From sequence record NC_091964.1: a DNA stretch of 64,000 nucleotides; one strand, given 5' to 3'. Below the pieces are notes generated by a model. The model was not told the DNA's origin and searched no databases. It was given only the letters and a program-made list of their open reading frames with translations. Below, piece after piece: positions 46,647 to 55,750 of the stretch (the first letter of the stretch is position 1; every line of letters begins with the position of its first letter). The translations under genes and the position numbers were made by a program.

Positions 46647-47450
46647 ATGGCAGAACAACAAGGTGGTTATCAGTTAGGTCGTCGTCATCGTCCGTTGGAT
46701 GACTGGTCCTTACGTCTTTGGGGCGATATTGCTCCCGGTGCGCAGAAACCAACTTTCTTTTATATCGACTTCCGTTACGGCCTGAACGAAGAGTACCGTG
46801 ACATCGAGCTCGGTGTAAACTTCCGTAAGCAGGGTAAAGAAGGTAAAATCAAAGCCTTCCCGTCGCAGTCTATCTTCTACGCTATCTGCGACCTGATCAA
46901 AAAGATGGCGGACAACCCGGACCGTTACCCTTCCGGTTTCGCTCGTGTATTTGACAACATGACGCAGATGGTCGCAGGTCGCCGCGTAGATACTCCGGTA
47001 TCTGACGTTAAAGTCGTTGTTGGTATGGACGACGATGGCATCTGGATCGCCCTGGCGAAGAAAGGTCACGACAACATCAAGTGCCGCTTCGCCGCACCAA
47101 TGAGCTGGGTACTGCGCAATGGTCAAGGTCAACCGCTGACTGCTAAAGAAGTATCCATCGAAATGGCATACTCCGTAGCAACCCAGTGGCGTAACTACGT
47201 TGAACATGTACTGAAAACTCAATACATGGGCGACGACAAGCTGGATGCAGCTAAGGCTAAGAAGAAAGCAGATGCTTTCTCCGGTAGTCGTGGCGGCGGA
47301 CAGGGTGGCGGCCAAGGCGGTAACAGTGGCTGGGGTGGTAACAACGGTGGTGGTCAACAGTCACAACCTGCTGCGGCAAGTGCTGATACCTGGACTGTTC
47401 CGGGTGGCGGTAATGCTGGCGGCGGTTACGACGAAGACATCCCGTTCTGA
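46647..47450 (+). CDS. ChmC-like nucleic-acid-binding protein with Gly/Asn/Gln-rich tail (phiKZ gp67 position)
   Basis: Immediately upstream of the gp68-like gene; G/N/Q-rich tail ending YDEDIPF, an SSB-like acidic tip; SD GAGG. Confidence 0.6.
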   Translation: MAEQQGGYQLGRRHRPLDDWSLRLWGDIAPGAQKPTFFYIDFRYGLNEEYRDIELGVNFRKQGKEGKIKAFPSQSIFYAICDLIKKMADNPDRYPSGFARVFDNMTQMVAGRRVDTPVSDVKVVVGMDDDGIWIALAKKGHDNIKCRFAAPMSWVLRNGQGQPLTAKEVSIEMAYSVATQWRNYVEHVLKTQYMGDDKLDAAKAKKKADAFSGSRGGGQGGGQGGNSGWGGNNGGGQQSQPAAASADTWTVPGGGNAGGGYDEDIPF

Positions 47451-47462
47451 TAGGTGTTGGCT

Positions 47463-47600
47463 ATGGAACAGACGACAGAACTCGGCGGCAATGCCCGTTC
47501 TTTTGCTGAACATGTCAAATGCGGGTTTAGAACAACCGGGTGTATGTTAGGCGTATTCACGGTTATCGTTCTGCTTGCGATAAGAAAACTGTTTAGCTAA
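47463..47600 (+). CDS. Small membrane protein (45 aa)
   Basis: Translated by hand: MEQTTELGGNARSFAEHVKCGFRTTGCMLGVFTVIVLLAIRKLFS; SD AGGTG. Confidence 0.4.
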   Translation: MEQTTELGGNARSFAEHVKCGFRTTGCMLGVFTVIVLLAIRKLFS

Positions 47601-47661
47601 AAGAAAGAGGTGGGGTTCGTCCCCACCTCTCCGCCTTGTGACTATCTAATAAATTTTGTCT

Positions 47662-47679
47662 TATATATTATCTCCATGA
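47662..47679 (+). promoter_or_regulatory. Early-type phage promoter of the gp68/PicA/gp70-like operon
   Basis: TATATATTATCTCCATGA. Confidence 0.65.
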
Positions 47680-47700
47680 GCTTAGAAAGAGGAATGCTTA

Positions 47701-49254
47701 ATGAAGATCGTTCCAGGGTCTGTCGTAAAAGATAACCATGAAGATGTTTGGGAAAGCGCTATAGTTTCACACAACAACAAGCACCTCGAATTCACATTTA
47801 CCTTTTATGGTAAGTTGAAAGAGGGGACTCGGATGTTCCGCGACTTTAATAACTACCTCGGTTGGTTTGAGGAAGTTAATCCTCGTGGTGCACAGCAGTT
47901 GTTTGAAATCTTTGAAAAGGTTCACGGCGTGATGGGTATCTTCTTCCCGACAGAAGAAACTCATTCTAAGATCCATGGCTTGGTGCGCGAGCTCATGCAG
48001 ATCGTTACGTTAGAATCAGTTCAGTTATGGTCACGGTTTGACAAGAATATTGTTAACCCTGACATTGCAGAGGAGAAAGGAGCTAACTACAATCCAGAGC
48101 AAACTTATAATCGTCGTGAATACGATGAGCTGGTTAACCAGACTATTGTCTTAAAGCCGATGGTCTTGATTTGGGGTTCTTACGGGGCACGTGAAAAGAA
48201 ACTGCCGACCGGAGCAGTAGAAGAGAAATTCCTCTCACTGTTACGTGCGACGCAAATAGAAGAAAGCGAACCGTATAAGCGCTTTAAAGTATTCGTTGAC
48301 ACTGTCACTTCTGGCAAGCTGACATTAGCAGGCGTACTCGATGGATTTTCCACCACGACACTGCCGCGTAAATGTTTCGCCTGTGCGATCGTCAATAAGC
48401 TAGCTATTATTGACCTGACCTGGGAAAGCGACCTGGAAGGTGTAGGTAATCAAGTTGTCAGTATCGTTGCTAACACGCACCGTTACTTGAACACGGTTAT
48501 CGACAGTATCAACAAAGGCGAAGTACAAACGTCTACGAAGATATTCAAAGACAAACAGTCTGGCGAAGAGGATAACACCTCAATCGCAGAGAACTATACC
48601 GTGAAGGAAGATATTGCAGAAGTGTCTAAGATTTTCTTCGACTACTTCTCGAAATCAGCCAAGTTCATGGCGAAGCGTGCTAAACCTGATATCGATCTGG
48701 ATTTCGTAGCCCGATTGGTACGTCACAACACAGGCCGTGCGCAGTTCACACCGACTGAAGTACAGTACAAGTTTACTTCTATTATCATGGCGAAAGTTAT
48801 TGGCGTGAGAAGTTTACCATACACTAACCGTCGCGGTGCATTGAACAGCTTCTCGATTGCGCAGTTGATCGCATTTGAACTTGGTTTCCCGAATATAGCA
48901 GCACTGTTAGGCGCTAGCTTATTCCTCGACCAGGATCGTATGGAGATCGAGCGTAACACCAAAGTACTTAAGTGCCAGATCCGTAATCAACAGATTGAAG
49001 CGCTTAACCAGTATTACCCGAACAAAAAGAAAGTAAAAGGCAGTCGTTCACCGTACAAGAATCCAGCTGAGATTGGTATCGAAGCATTGGCCGGTAGATT
49101 CGCCAAATATGTCTGGGACATTTCCGTTCCAGAAGAAATCCGTAAAGCAATGACGTTGGAACCTCACAGCAGCGGGGGCTGGTGCGTGAGAGATGACCTG
49201 CGTACAGAGCTTGCAGATTTTATTATTGCCATTAACGAACATATTTACAAATAA
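47701..49254 (+). CDS. Non-virion RNA polymerase specificity (sigma-like) subunit, phiKZ gp68-like
   Basis: 517 aa; EEDNTSIAENY..KE segment; position two genes before the gp70-like gene; call mainly by synteny. Confidence 0.7.
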   Translation: MKIVPGSVVKDNHEDVWESAIVSHNNKHLEFTFTFYGKLKEGTRMFRDFNNYLGWFEEVNPRGAQQLFEIFEKVHGVMGIFFPTEETHSKIHGLVRELMQIVTLESVQLWSRFDKNIVNPDIAEEKGANYNPEQTYNRREYDELVNQTIVLKPMVLIWGSYGAREKKLPTGAVEEKFLSLLRATQIEESEPYKRFKVFVDTVTSGKLTLAGVLDGFSTTTLPRKCFACAIVNKLAIIDLTWESDLEGVGNQVVSIVANTHRYLNTVIDSINKGEVQTSTKIFKDKQSGEEDNTSIAENYTVKEDIAEVSKIFFDYFSKSAKFMAKRAKPDIDLDFVARLVRHNTGRAQFTPTEVQYKFTSIIMAKVIGVRSLPYTNRRGALNSFSIAQLIAFELGFPNIAALLGASLFLDQDRMEIERNTKVLKCQIRNQQIEALNQYYPNKKKVKGSRSPYKNPAEIGIEALAGRFAKYVWDISVPEEIRKAMTLEPHSSGGWCVRDDLRTELADFIIAINEHIYK

Positions 49255-49266
49255 GGGGTTTTTTGT

Positions 49267-50736
49267 ATGTCCAAGCCAATTGTTACCAAATGGACCTTTT
49301 TCGAAACTGGTACGTTTGAAGATCAGGGCTCACGCTCTTATCGCGCGAAAAACTTCGACGATAGCGTAGTTGATAAAATTCTCCGCACTACCGATGGTGG
49401 CCGAACCATTTCTGCCAGTACTATCAGTGGTGTTGTAAGCGACATCCTGGAATTAGATTCCAATGCAAACACTGACATCTATATCCCTAACGGATGGAAT
49501 GAGCAGCGTTTAGCATTTATCCTCGAACTCTTATTGGACGAGGGTACTGAGAACGAACGCCGCCAGGTGCTGACCGGTTATACCGATAAGTCTGACCTGT
49601 CCCACAATAACCTGCTGGATCCGGAAACGCAGCTGTTCATCAACAACAGCTTCATCCTGAATACCTTTACCCTGGCAGATCATCGTGGTCGTCGTAAATC
49701 TCGTCGCGTAATGGCTAACGACTTTATTATTCGTTCAGCTCGTGAAGATGGTGGCGGTAGCCGTCGTAGTCGTCGCGGACGCGATGACGAAGTCGAAGTA
49801 TTGTTGCGTTCTGAAGATATCTTCTACAAGCGCGACTCTGCCGGTATGTCCAGCAACTCTGGTCGTAACGTACGCGATGGTCGTATTCAGTTGACCGGTG
49901 AAGTTAAGTTAGGCCGTCGTGCTGATACTAACGCATCCGATTATCTGTCCTCTATCCTTCGCCTGGGTGTTGGTTCAGAGATGCGCCGTCGTGCAGACGA
50001 TTACCACTTCGCTGAAATCGATACTGATGCAGCACCAAGTTTCCAGCGTCAATCTGTAGACGAACTCGCATCTGGTTATACCCGTGCAGGTTCCCTCGAT
50101 GACCATGGTATCTTCCGCGACTGGTTGATGGACACCGACTTCGCTAACTGCGGCATGATTGAACTGCGTGATCTCGAAGACGCGGTTAACATGGACTGCG
50201 AACCGGACGTAATCATCCCAGGTCGTACTACTCGTAAGTACGAACGTCATCATCGTGGTGACTTCGAAAACTGGGGCGGTTCTGGTCGTCAGGATATTAT
50301 CCCTGACATTGTTAAGAATACGCTGACTTCACTGCTGTTACGTTACACCATCAGCGAAGCTCAGATCCTCATTACCAACCAGACTGAACTGGGTGAAGTT
50401 ATATGTAACATCAGTGGCGAGCGCTCACTGGTTGATGGCTTCGACCTGGAACCGATGTTGGACTCGCTGGAAGACCAGATCGCATTCGACCTCGGTAAGA
50501 TCATTACCCGTAATGGTCACGAAGAAATTACCGTACAGGTAGACTTCAACATGCTTTCCAGCATGATTATCGAAGTTGACCATCATGACGGTGCTGGCCC
50601 GGTTAAGTATAACGCAGCAATCTTTGCAGATGGTCTTCAGACTAACCTGCGTGCTGATACAGAATCAATCCTTGACGATCTGGTTAACGATACCGATGAT
50701 CTGATCAATGAGATCGTTGACAACGTTAACAGATAG
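49267..50736 (+). CDS. picA: Nuclear-shell import factor PicA/Imp1 (phiKZ gp69-like)
   Basis: 489 aa directly after gp68-like gene; N-terminal ETGTF....RSY and PNGWNEQRLAF; synteny. Confidence 0.7.
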   Translation: MSKPIVTKWTFFETGTFEDQGSRSYRAKNFDDSVVDKILRTTDGGRTISASTISGVVSDILELDSNANTDIYIPNGWNEQRLAFILELLLDEGTENERRQVLTGYTDKSDLSHNNLLDPETQLFINNSFILNTFTLADHRGRRKSRRVMANDFIIRSAREDGGGSRRSRRGRDDEVEVLLRSEDIFYKRDSAGMSSNSGRNVRDGRIQLTGEVKLGRRADTNASDYLSSILRLGVGSEMRRRADDYHFAEIDTDAAPSFQRQSVDELASGYTRAGSLDDHGIFRDWLMDTDFANCGMIELRDLEDAVNMDCEPDVIIPGRTTRKYERHHRGDFENWGGSGRQDIIPDIVKNTLTSLLLRYTISEAQILITNQTELGEVICNISGERSLVDGFDLEPMLDSLEDQIAFDLGKIITRNGHEEITVQVDFNMLSSMIIEVDHHDGAGPVKYNAAIFADGLQTNLRADTESILDDLVNDTDDLINEIVDNVNR

Positions 50737-50757
50737 TTAATAAAGAGAGAAAAATAA

Positions 50758-52179
50758 ATGTCTACTAAAGCTTTGGATAAGATGTACGATGAGATCAGTG
50801 CATCTTTTGGTTTCGGAAAGGATGAAGAAGGCGGCTGGGTAATTAAGGGACCTGGGGGAGACATCCCCCTTACCATCAAAGGTAAACAGGTCATCACTCC
50901 GACCGCAGAAGTATTGAAGCAAGCAGACTGGGATCGCTATCAGCCGTTCCATCCGCTGTGCGAAAACATTCGCCGTAAGAAGTCTCCGGTTATGGAGAAG
51001 ATTCAGGCGTATGCAAGTAACCGACTGAAAACAGTACTGGTTGAGATCATTGCAACCATGACTGAAATCGCGGTTAACTCTGACGGTCATGATAAGCTGA
51101 CGGCTGACCAGCGTGAGTTCCTGACGATCTTTGAGAAGGCCAACGAGAAAACGTTGAAGAACTTCTCTACGCTGTTCCAAAAGGTTCTGACCTCGTCTCC
51201 CGGTGAAGCAGAACTGATTGCGATCGGTGTTCGTCGCGGCGGTAGCTGGAAAGGTGAAGAATACGCACGCCTGACCACAATCTCTTTCCCAATTATGGAT
51301 GAAGAGTTTGCTGAGTCTGGTAAAGTGTTCGGCACTAACATCACTGTACGCGATAAAGAAATCCTGTACAAAGTGCTGCGTTACGTTCTGCCTAAGATCG
51401 ATGATCCTGAAGCATATTGCTACGGTACTCGTTCTGAAATCGCGCCGATGTTCCACAGCCTGATGATGGCATATCATTCCGTAGCGGTTGATCTTAACCG
51501 TGTAACGAAGCTGATCGGCGGTATCGACAAAGACTTCCTGAAGCGCAATCTGATTGTAACCACCTGGTCAGCTCAGATGCCTACGCTGTTCGAATACAAA
51601 GATGTTATTCCTGTACTGGATGGCAACGATGGCGAACCGCAGCAGGACGATGTTGATAAAGAGCGTCGTAACCAGGAACGTCGTGACGAGCGTAAAGCAC
51701 GTGACGATCGCTCTAACAGCCGTCGCCCGGTAAGTTCATCCTCCCCTCGTGGCGGTAACCCGTTTACAATGGGCCGTCGTCGCGAAGAAGACGAAGATGA
51801 TGATCGTCGTAGCACTCGTTCACGTCGTGACCGCGATGACCGTGACAGTCGCCGTGGACGGGATCGTGATCGTGATGATCGCCGTGGTAGTGACAATCCG
51901 TTCCTTTCCGGCGGACGTGGTCGCGATCGCGATGAAGATGACGATTATTACGAAGACGATCGCCGCAGTCGCCGTTCTTCACGTGGCCGCGGTCGTGACC
52001 GTGACCGTGATGACGACTATGAAGATGATCGTCGTGGACGTCGCCGTGGTGAACCGGACCGTGATGAAAACGGTGTAACAATCGGCAATGGGCGTCGCAG
52101 CTCGTCTCGTTATGACGATGACTACGATGATGATGACTATTACGACGACCGTCGCTATTCGCGCCGCGGACGTCGTTAA
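50758..52179 (+). CDS. phiKZ gp70-like protein with about 180-aa Arg/Asp-rich disordered tail
   Basis: Follows PicA-like gene; FHPLCENI.RK.SPV; tail of RRD/RDRD/DDY repeats. Confidence 0.65.
   Translation: MSTKALDKMYDEISASFGFGKDEEGGWVIKGPGGDIPLTIKGKQVITPTAEVLKQADWDRYQPFHPLCENIRRKKSPVMEKIQAYASNRLKTVLVEIIATMTEIAVNSDGHDKLTADQREFLTIFEKANEKTLKNFSTLFQKVLTSSPGEAELIAIGVRRGGSWKGEEYARLTTISFPIMDEEFAESGKVFGTNITVRDKEILYKVLRYVLPKIDDPEAYCYGTRSEIAPMFHSLMMAYHSVAVDLNRVTKLIGGIDKDFLKRNLIVTTWSAQMPTLFEYKDVIPVLDGNDGEPQQDDVDKERRNQERRDERKARDDRSNSRRPVSSSSPRGGNPFTMGRRREEDEDDDRRSTRSRRDRDDRDSRRGRDRDRDDRRGSDNPFLSGGRGRDRDEDDDYYEDDRRSRRSSRGRGRDRDRDDDYEDDRRGRRRGEPDRDENGVTIGNGRRSSSRYDDDYDDDDYYDDRRYSRRGRR
51643..52176 (+). 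repeat. Low-complexity coding repeat (CGT/CGC-GAT/GAC rich)
   Basis: Degenerate GACCGT/GATCGT/GATGAC units encoding R/D/G/S repeats. Confidence 0.8.
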
Positions 52180-52214
52180 CGGAGAGAGGGGCATTTGCCC
52201 CTCTTTTATTTTTT

Positions 52215-52721
52215 ATGGCTAAGAGAGCTTTACCATTAATTGAATGTTTGGAAGATGCGCTGCTGTCCTACGGTTATACTCTAGACGAAGTAAAGGAAAG
52301 TCTCATTCGCCTTGCTAAACATGATGAGATCTACCTGGAGTTAGAGAATAACAATAAGCTCGTACGTATAATCGATACCTGGCTATGGAGCAAAGGTTAT
52401 TCTTTCAGAAATGAAGATTTCGACTTATCATTCGTAGCAGAGAAAGACATCGAGTTCCTGACAGACTTTACTCATCAAGTTGTCTTAGATATCGATCCAA
52501 CCACTGCGAGAAGATGGGTTGAGAAGACGATTGAATACGTATCATCTCCCCAGTATTGGAAGTATGCACGTATCTTACGTATATTAGATGGCGTTACCTG
52601 CTTACCTAACGAGATCATTCCACCTGAAGTAATAAGTCAGGCATTGAATGAAGCCCGTGATGAGCATTACGGTGATGACGTTGATGACCTTATTGAAAGT
52701 ATAATACGGAGAAAGGAATGA
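52215..52721 (+). CDS. Hypothetical acidic protein (168 aa)
   Basis: ATGA-coupled to next gene; shares a motif with it. Confidence 0.55.
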   Translation: MAKRALPLIECLEDALLSYGYTLDEVKESLIRLAKHDEIYLELENNNKLVRIIDTWLWSKGYSFRNEDFDLSFVAEKDIEFLTDFTHQVVLDIDPTTARRWVEKTIEYVSSPQYWKYARILRILDGVTCLPNEIIPPEVISQALNEARDEHYGDDVDDLIESIIRRKE

Positions 52722-53131
52722 AGAAAGGTCATTTCATTGGTGAACAATGGTTGCGCGGAGTATTAAGTAAACGTGCAAAAGAGTTAGGAATGGATAACGA
52801 CGCTGTAGATTACATTCTACAGGACCTTCGTAGCCGTGATGAGTTTGTAACAGACGTCATGGTAAACAGCATGTTCTTTAATTCTATTATTGATCGTGCA
52901 AACGCAGCAAACATCAATATCAGTGAAACAGAACGTTCAGACCTGAGTGATGAATTTGTTGCGGGATGCTGCTTCATGATTTTCAATCAACTTCAATCCT
53001 ACGATGTAAAAGCGGAAGAAGTGATTAAGTGGTTCGATCCTGCTTGGGACTTTACCAAAGCTCGAATGGGGGAACGCGAACGCATTCTGAACATCATTAA
53101 GCGCTCCATGAAAAAGAAACAATTAAACTAG
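52718..53131 (+). CDS. Hypothetical protein (137 aa)
   Basis: SD GGAG/AAGGA; ends at a palindromic terminator. Confidence 0.55.
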   Translation: MKKGHFIGEQWLRGVLSKRAKELGMDNDAVDYILQDLRSRDEFVTDVMVNSMFFNSIIDRANAANINISETERSDLSDEFVAGCCFMIFNQLQSYDVKAEEVIKWFDPAWDFTKARMGERERILNIIKRSMKKKQLN

Positions 53132-53164
53132 AGGGAGAGGCCATATGGCCTCTCCCTCTTTTTC
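53130..53164. terminator. Perfect 30-bp palindrome at a convergent junction
   Basis: AGAGGGAGAGGCCATATGGCCTCTCCCTCT followed by TTTT. Confidence 0.75.
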
Positions 53165-53178
53165 TACGCCTGGTTCAC

Positions 53179-53523
53179 TTAGTTTGTATTAGGTAATGAT
53201 GCTAAATAAATATCATGCAGCCTATCTATAACATCTAGTTTCGGCCAGATGATATAGTCGAATTTATCATCAAATTCCAGCGGCGAACGCATGTTGTTAC
53301 AACGCATGATAACGTACCAGTACTTGCGCTGTTCTGTTACGTTCTCTCGCAAGTAGCCATGGAAGTTGTGCTTGAAGTGTTCATGGGCTATTGGATCGAC
53401 ATTCAGTGCCTGTACATTATTGATTGTCATCAAATAGCTCAAGTTGTCCTCTACGGTGGTAAGCCAGAGCTGATCGAACCAGCTATTCTCGCCCGGATAG
53501 TTCATCAGATCTTTTATCGCCAT
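53179..53523 (-). CDS. LysM-like / T4 gp53-like baseplate wedge candidate (114 aa)
   Basis: YWYVIMRCNNMRSP resembles the WxIxxxNxxxxP LysM-type segment. Confidence 0.4.
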   Translation of the reverse strand: MAIKDLMNYPGENSWFDQLWLTTVEDNLSYLMTINNVQALNVDPIAHEHFKHNFHGYLRENVTEQRKYWYVIMRCNNMRSPLEFDDKFDYIIWPKLDVIDRLHDIYLASLPNTN

Positions 53524-53541
53524 AACAAAGAACCTCTCGAA

Positions 53542-53559
53542 TATATATCATTAAATGGA
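53542..53559 (+). promoter_or_regulatory. Early-type phage promoter of the nvRNAP beta/beta-prime C operon
   Basis: TATATATCATTAAATGGA. Confidence 0.65.
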
Positions 53560-53584
53560 GATCCATCCATTTAAAGGGGAAAAG

Positions 53585-55750
53585 ATGGAAAAGACGCGAG
53601 TGGCTTCTTCAGTACAAGAAGCTGTTGTATCAAATAAGAAAAGAGCACTCGAGAATGAGCGATTACTTACACCCGAATTAATGGGGTTATCCACCAACAT
53701 GGTTTCAATGGCAACGGGTGTTTCCGCATCACGTGGCCAGATGGAAGGTGGACAAGCCGCTCAGACACTTGTGCTGAATAATCCAGACTATCCTCGTACT
53801 TATACTTGCGTAGAGCAGGAGATGGCGAAATACACGTTCGCTGCACGGGCGCGTTTTCACGCCGAAGTAATAGGAGTAGTCAACAGATTTCATACGGGCA
53901 TGACGCGTGATTCGTTCATAAGTAACCCGTACTCAGTGGCAATCGTTCGTAACCTGGAAAAGCGTGGTAATCATTTCGACCTCATCGATATCCCTAGCTA
54001 TTATTCTTATCACAATAACTTCGGATACATGACGGTCAAGAAGCCTGCTTTAAGCAAGATCCGTCGCCCTGGTAGACCGCACCTTAATAAAGGCGATGTC
54101 TTGGTTGATAGTCCAGGGGTTGGACCTGAAGGTTTCTACCGCCGTGGGCTACTCACAAAGCTTTGTTATCTAACGTCACCTTACGTGACTGAAGATGGAT
54201 TCTGGGCATCATACGAATGGTGTGACCGTGCGGCTGCCACCGGTATCGGCGAGATCTTCGTAACCGTACCGAAAGGACATTACCTGTTACCTATTAATGG
54301 TACGCCGGATAATCCGAAGTTCCTTCCTTCATTAGGCGAACCTATTCGTCCCGATGGAATGGTGCTTTGTACTCGTGAAGCAGATCCTATTCTTGATCTG
54401 TGGAACCTCACTCCTGAAGGTATGCGCGAAGTTGATCTTACGTTCGATGAACCTAAATACATCGAAGGCAGTTGCCGTAATGCGACCGTCATCAACATCG
54501 AAGTGTATCTGAACGAACAGGAGATGTCCCAGGTACAACCAGTTATGCTGGATCAGTATGGTCAGGAAATTCCTAACCAGCTCATGCAGATCTGGCAGGA
54601 ACATAAACGTTACAGTGCAGATATCGTTAAGATCGCTGAAGAGATTGAGGCAGAGTGTCCGCCTAACCGCCGCCCTAATTACTCGGGTCGCTTATCTGAA
54701 GAGATCGAACGTGCTCTGCACATCATGGCTTATAAGAACCCTAAGCCAATCCGTTATCAGAATCATGGTACTAGTATTCCTACTGCTACCATCCGCATCA
54801 CTTATAAGTACGATATCATCCCAGAGATCGGTTCCAAGATCGCAGGGGACTTCGGTGATAAAGGTGTATTGTGTCGTAAGACCCCTGGTTCTCACATGCC
54901 GTTAGACATGTACGGTACTCAGGCTGAACTCGTCTCACACGCAAATGCAACTATCAACCGTATGATTTCCGTACGCCTTGACGATAACTATCTGGGCGCG
55001 CAATGTATCCTTCGTGAGAAAGAGATTCGCGAACTGTATAATGCTGGTCGCTGGGAAGATGCATTCAGTATCATTTCCAGATTCTACGAGGTAGCAACAC
55101 CACGAGCTTTCAAAGAGAAGTTCATTCCGTACATGACAACACCAGAGCGACGCAAACGTCACGTCGAGTCCGTCGTTAATGGTCACATCATGCTCGAGTT
55201 GAAACACAATGACTTCCCGAACCATATTTATCTAACGGAAGCATTGGAAGCAGAATGGCCCTATGAAAAAGGTCCTGTTCTGTTTACTGATACTCGAGGC
55301 GTCCGCCGTAAGACCAAAGTACCGGTCATGATCGGGACCAGTTATATCCGTGTTCTGGAGAAAACAGGTCACGACTGGGGTGCAGTTGACTCACCTAGTC
55401 GTCAGGCGCATGGCATTGCTGCTAAGATCAGTCACCGTGATCGTCATGCTCGTCCTTATCGTAAACAGCCGTATCGTTATGGTGAGGCAGAGATCCGTCC
55501 ATTAATTGCACTGGCTGGTGAAGACTTCGCAGCCGATTTACTGGATCGTAGTAATAACCCTAAAGCGAGCGAGGAAATATTCGAACGTATCATGGAAGCG
55601 GATCGCCCATCCGACATGAAGTTCGTGCTCGATCGTAAGAAGCTGCCAGTCGGTAGCTCGGTTACCCACCAGTATCTCAACAATGCGATCTACACCGCAG
55701 GTGCTCGATTCAACCGTATTATAGCCGATAAGAAGGGAGGTAAGCGCTAA
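53585..55750 (+). CDS. Non-virion RNA polymerase beta subunit, C-terminal part (phiKZ gp71-73-like)
   Basis: GSKIAGDFGDKGV (cf. GDKxxGRHGNKG), EDGFW, KQPYRYGEAE (cf. GQRFGEME); uninterrupted. Confidence 0.9.
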   Translation: MEKTRVASSVQEAVVSNKKRALENERLLTPELMGLSTNMVSMATGVSASRGQMEGGQAAQTLVLNNPDYPRTYTCVEQEMAKYTFAARARFHAEVIGVVNRFHTGMTRDSFISNPYSVAIVRNLEKRGNHFDLIDIPSYYSYHNNFGYMTVKKPALSKIRRPGRPHLNKGDVLVDSPGVGPEGFYRRGLLTKLCYLTSPYVTEDGFWASYEWCDRAAATGIGEIFVTVPKGHYLLPINGTPDNPKFLPSLGEPIRPDGMVLCTREADPILDLWNLTPEGMREVDLTFDEPKYIEGSCRNATVINIEVYLNEQEMSQVQPVMLDQYGQEIPNQLMQIWQEHKRYSADIVKIAEEIEAECPPNRRPNYSGRLSEEIERALHIMAYKNPKPIRYQNHGTSIPTATIRITYKYDIIPEIGSKIAGDFGDKGVLCRKTPGSHMPLDMYGTQAELVSHANATINRMISVRLDDNYLGAQCILREKEIRELYNAGRWEDAFSIISRFYEVATPRAFKEKFIPYMTTPERRKRHVESVVNGHIMLELKHNDFPNHIYLTEALEAEWPYEKGPVLFTDTRGVRRKTKVPVMIGTSYIRVLEKTGHDWGAVDSPSRQAHGIAAKISHRDRHARPYRKQPYRYGEAEIRPLIALAGEDFAADLLDRSNNPKASEEIFERIMEADRPSDMKFVLDRKKLPVGSSVTHQYLNNAIYTAGARFNRIIADKKGGKR

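Noticed and set aside
51764-52081. His-rich 105-aa minus-strand ORF and other alternative frames over the repeat
   Set aside because: By-products of the GAT/GAC/CGT repeats encoding the R/D tail.
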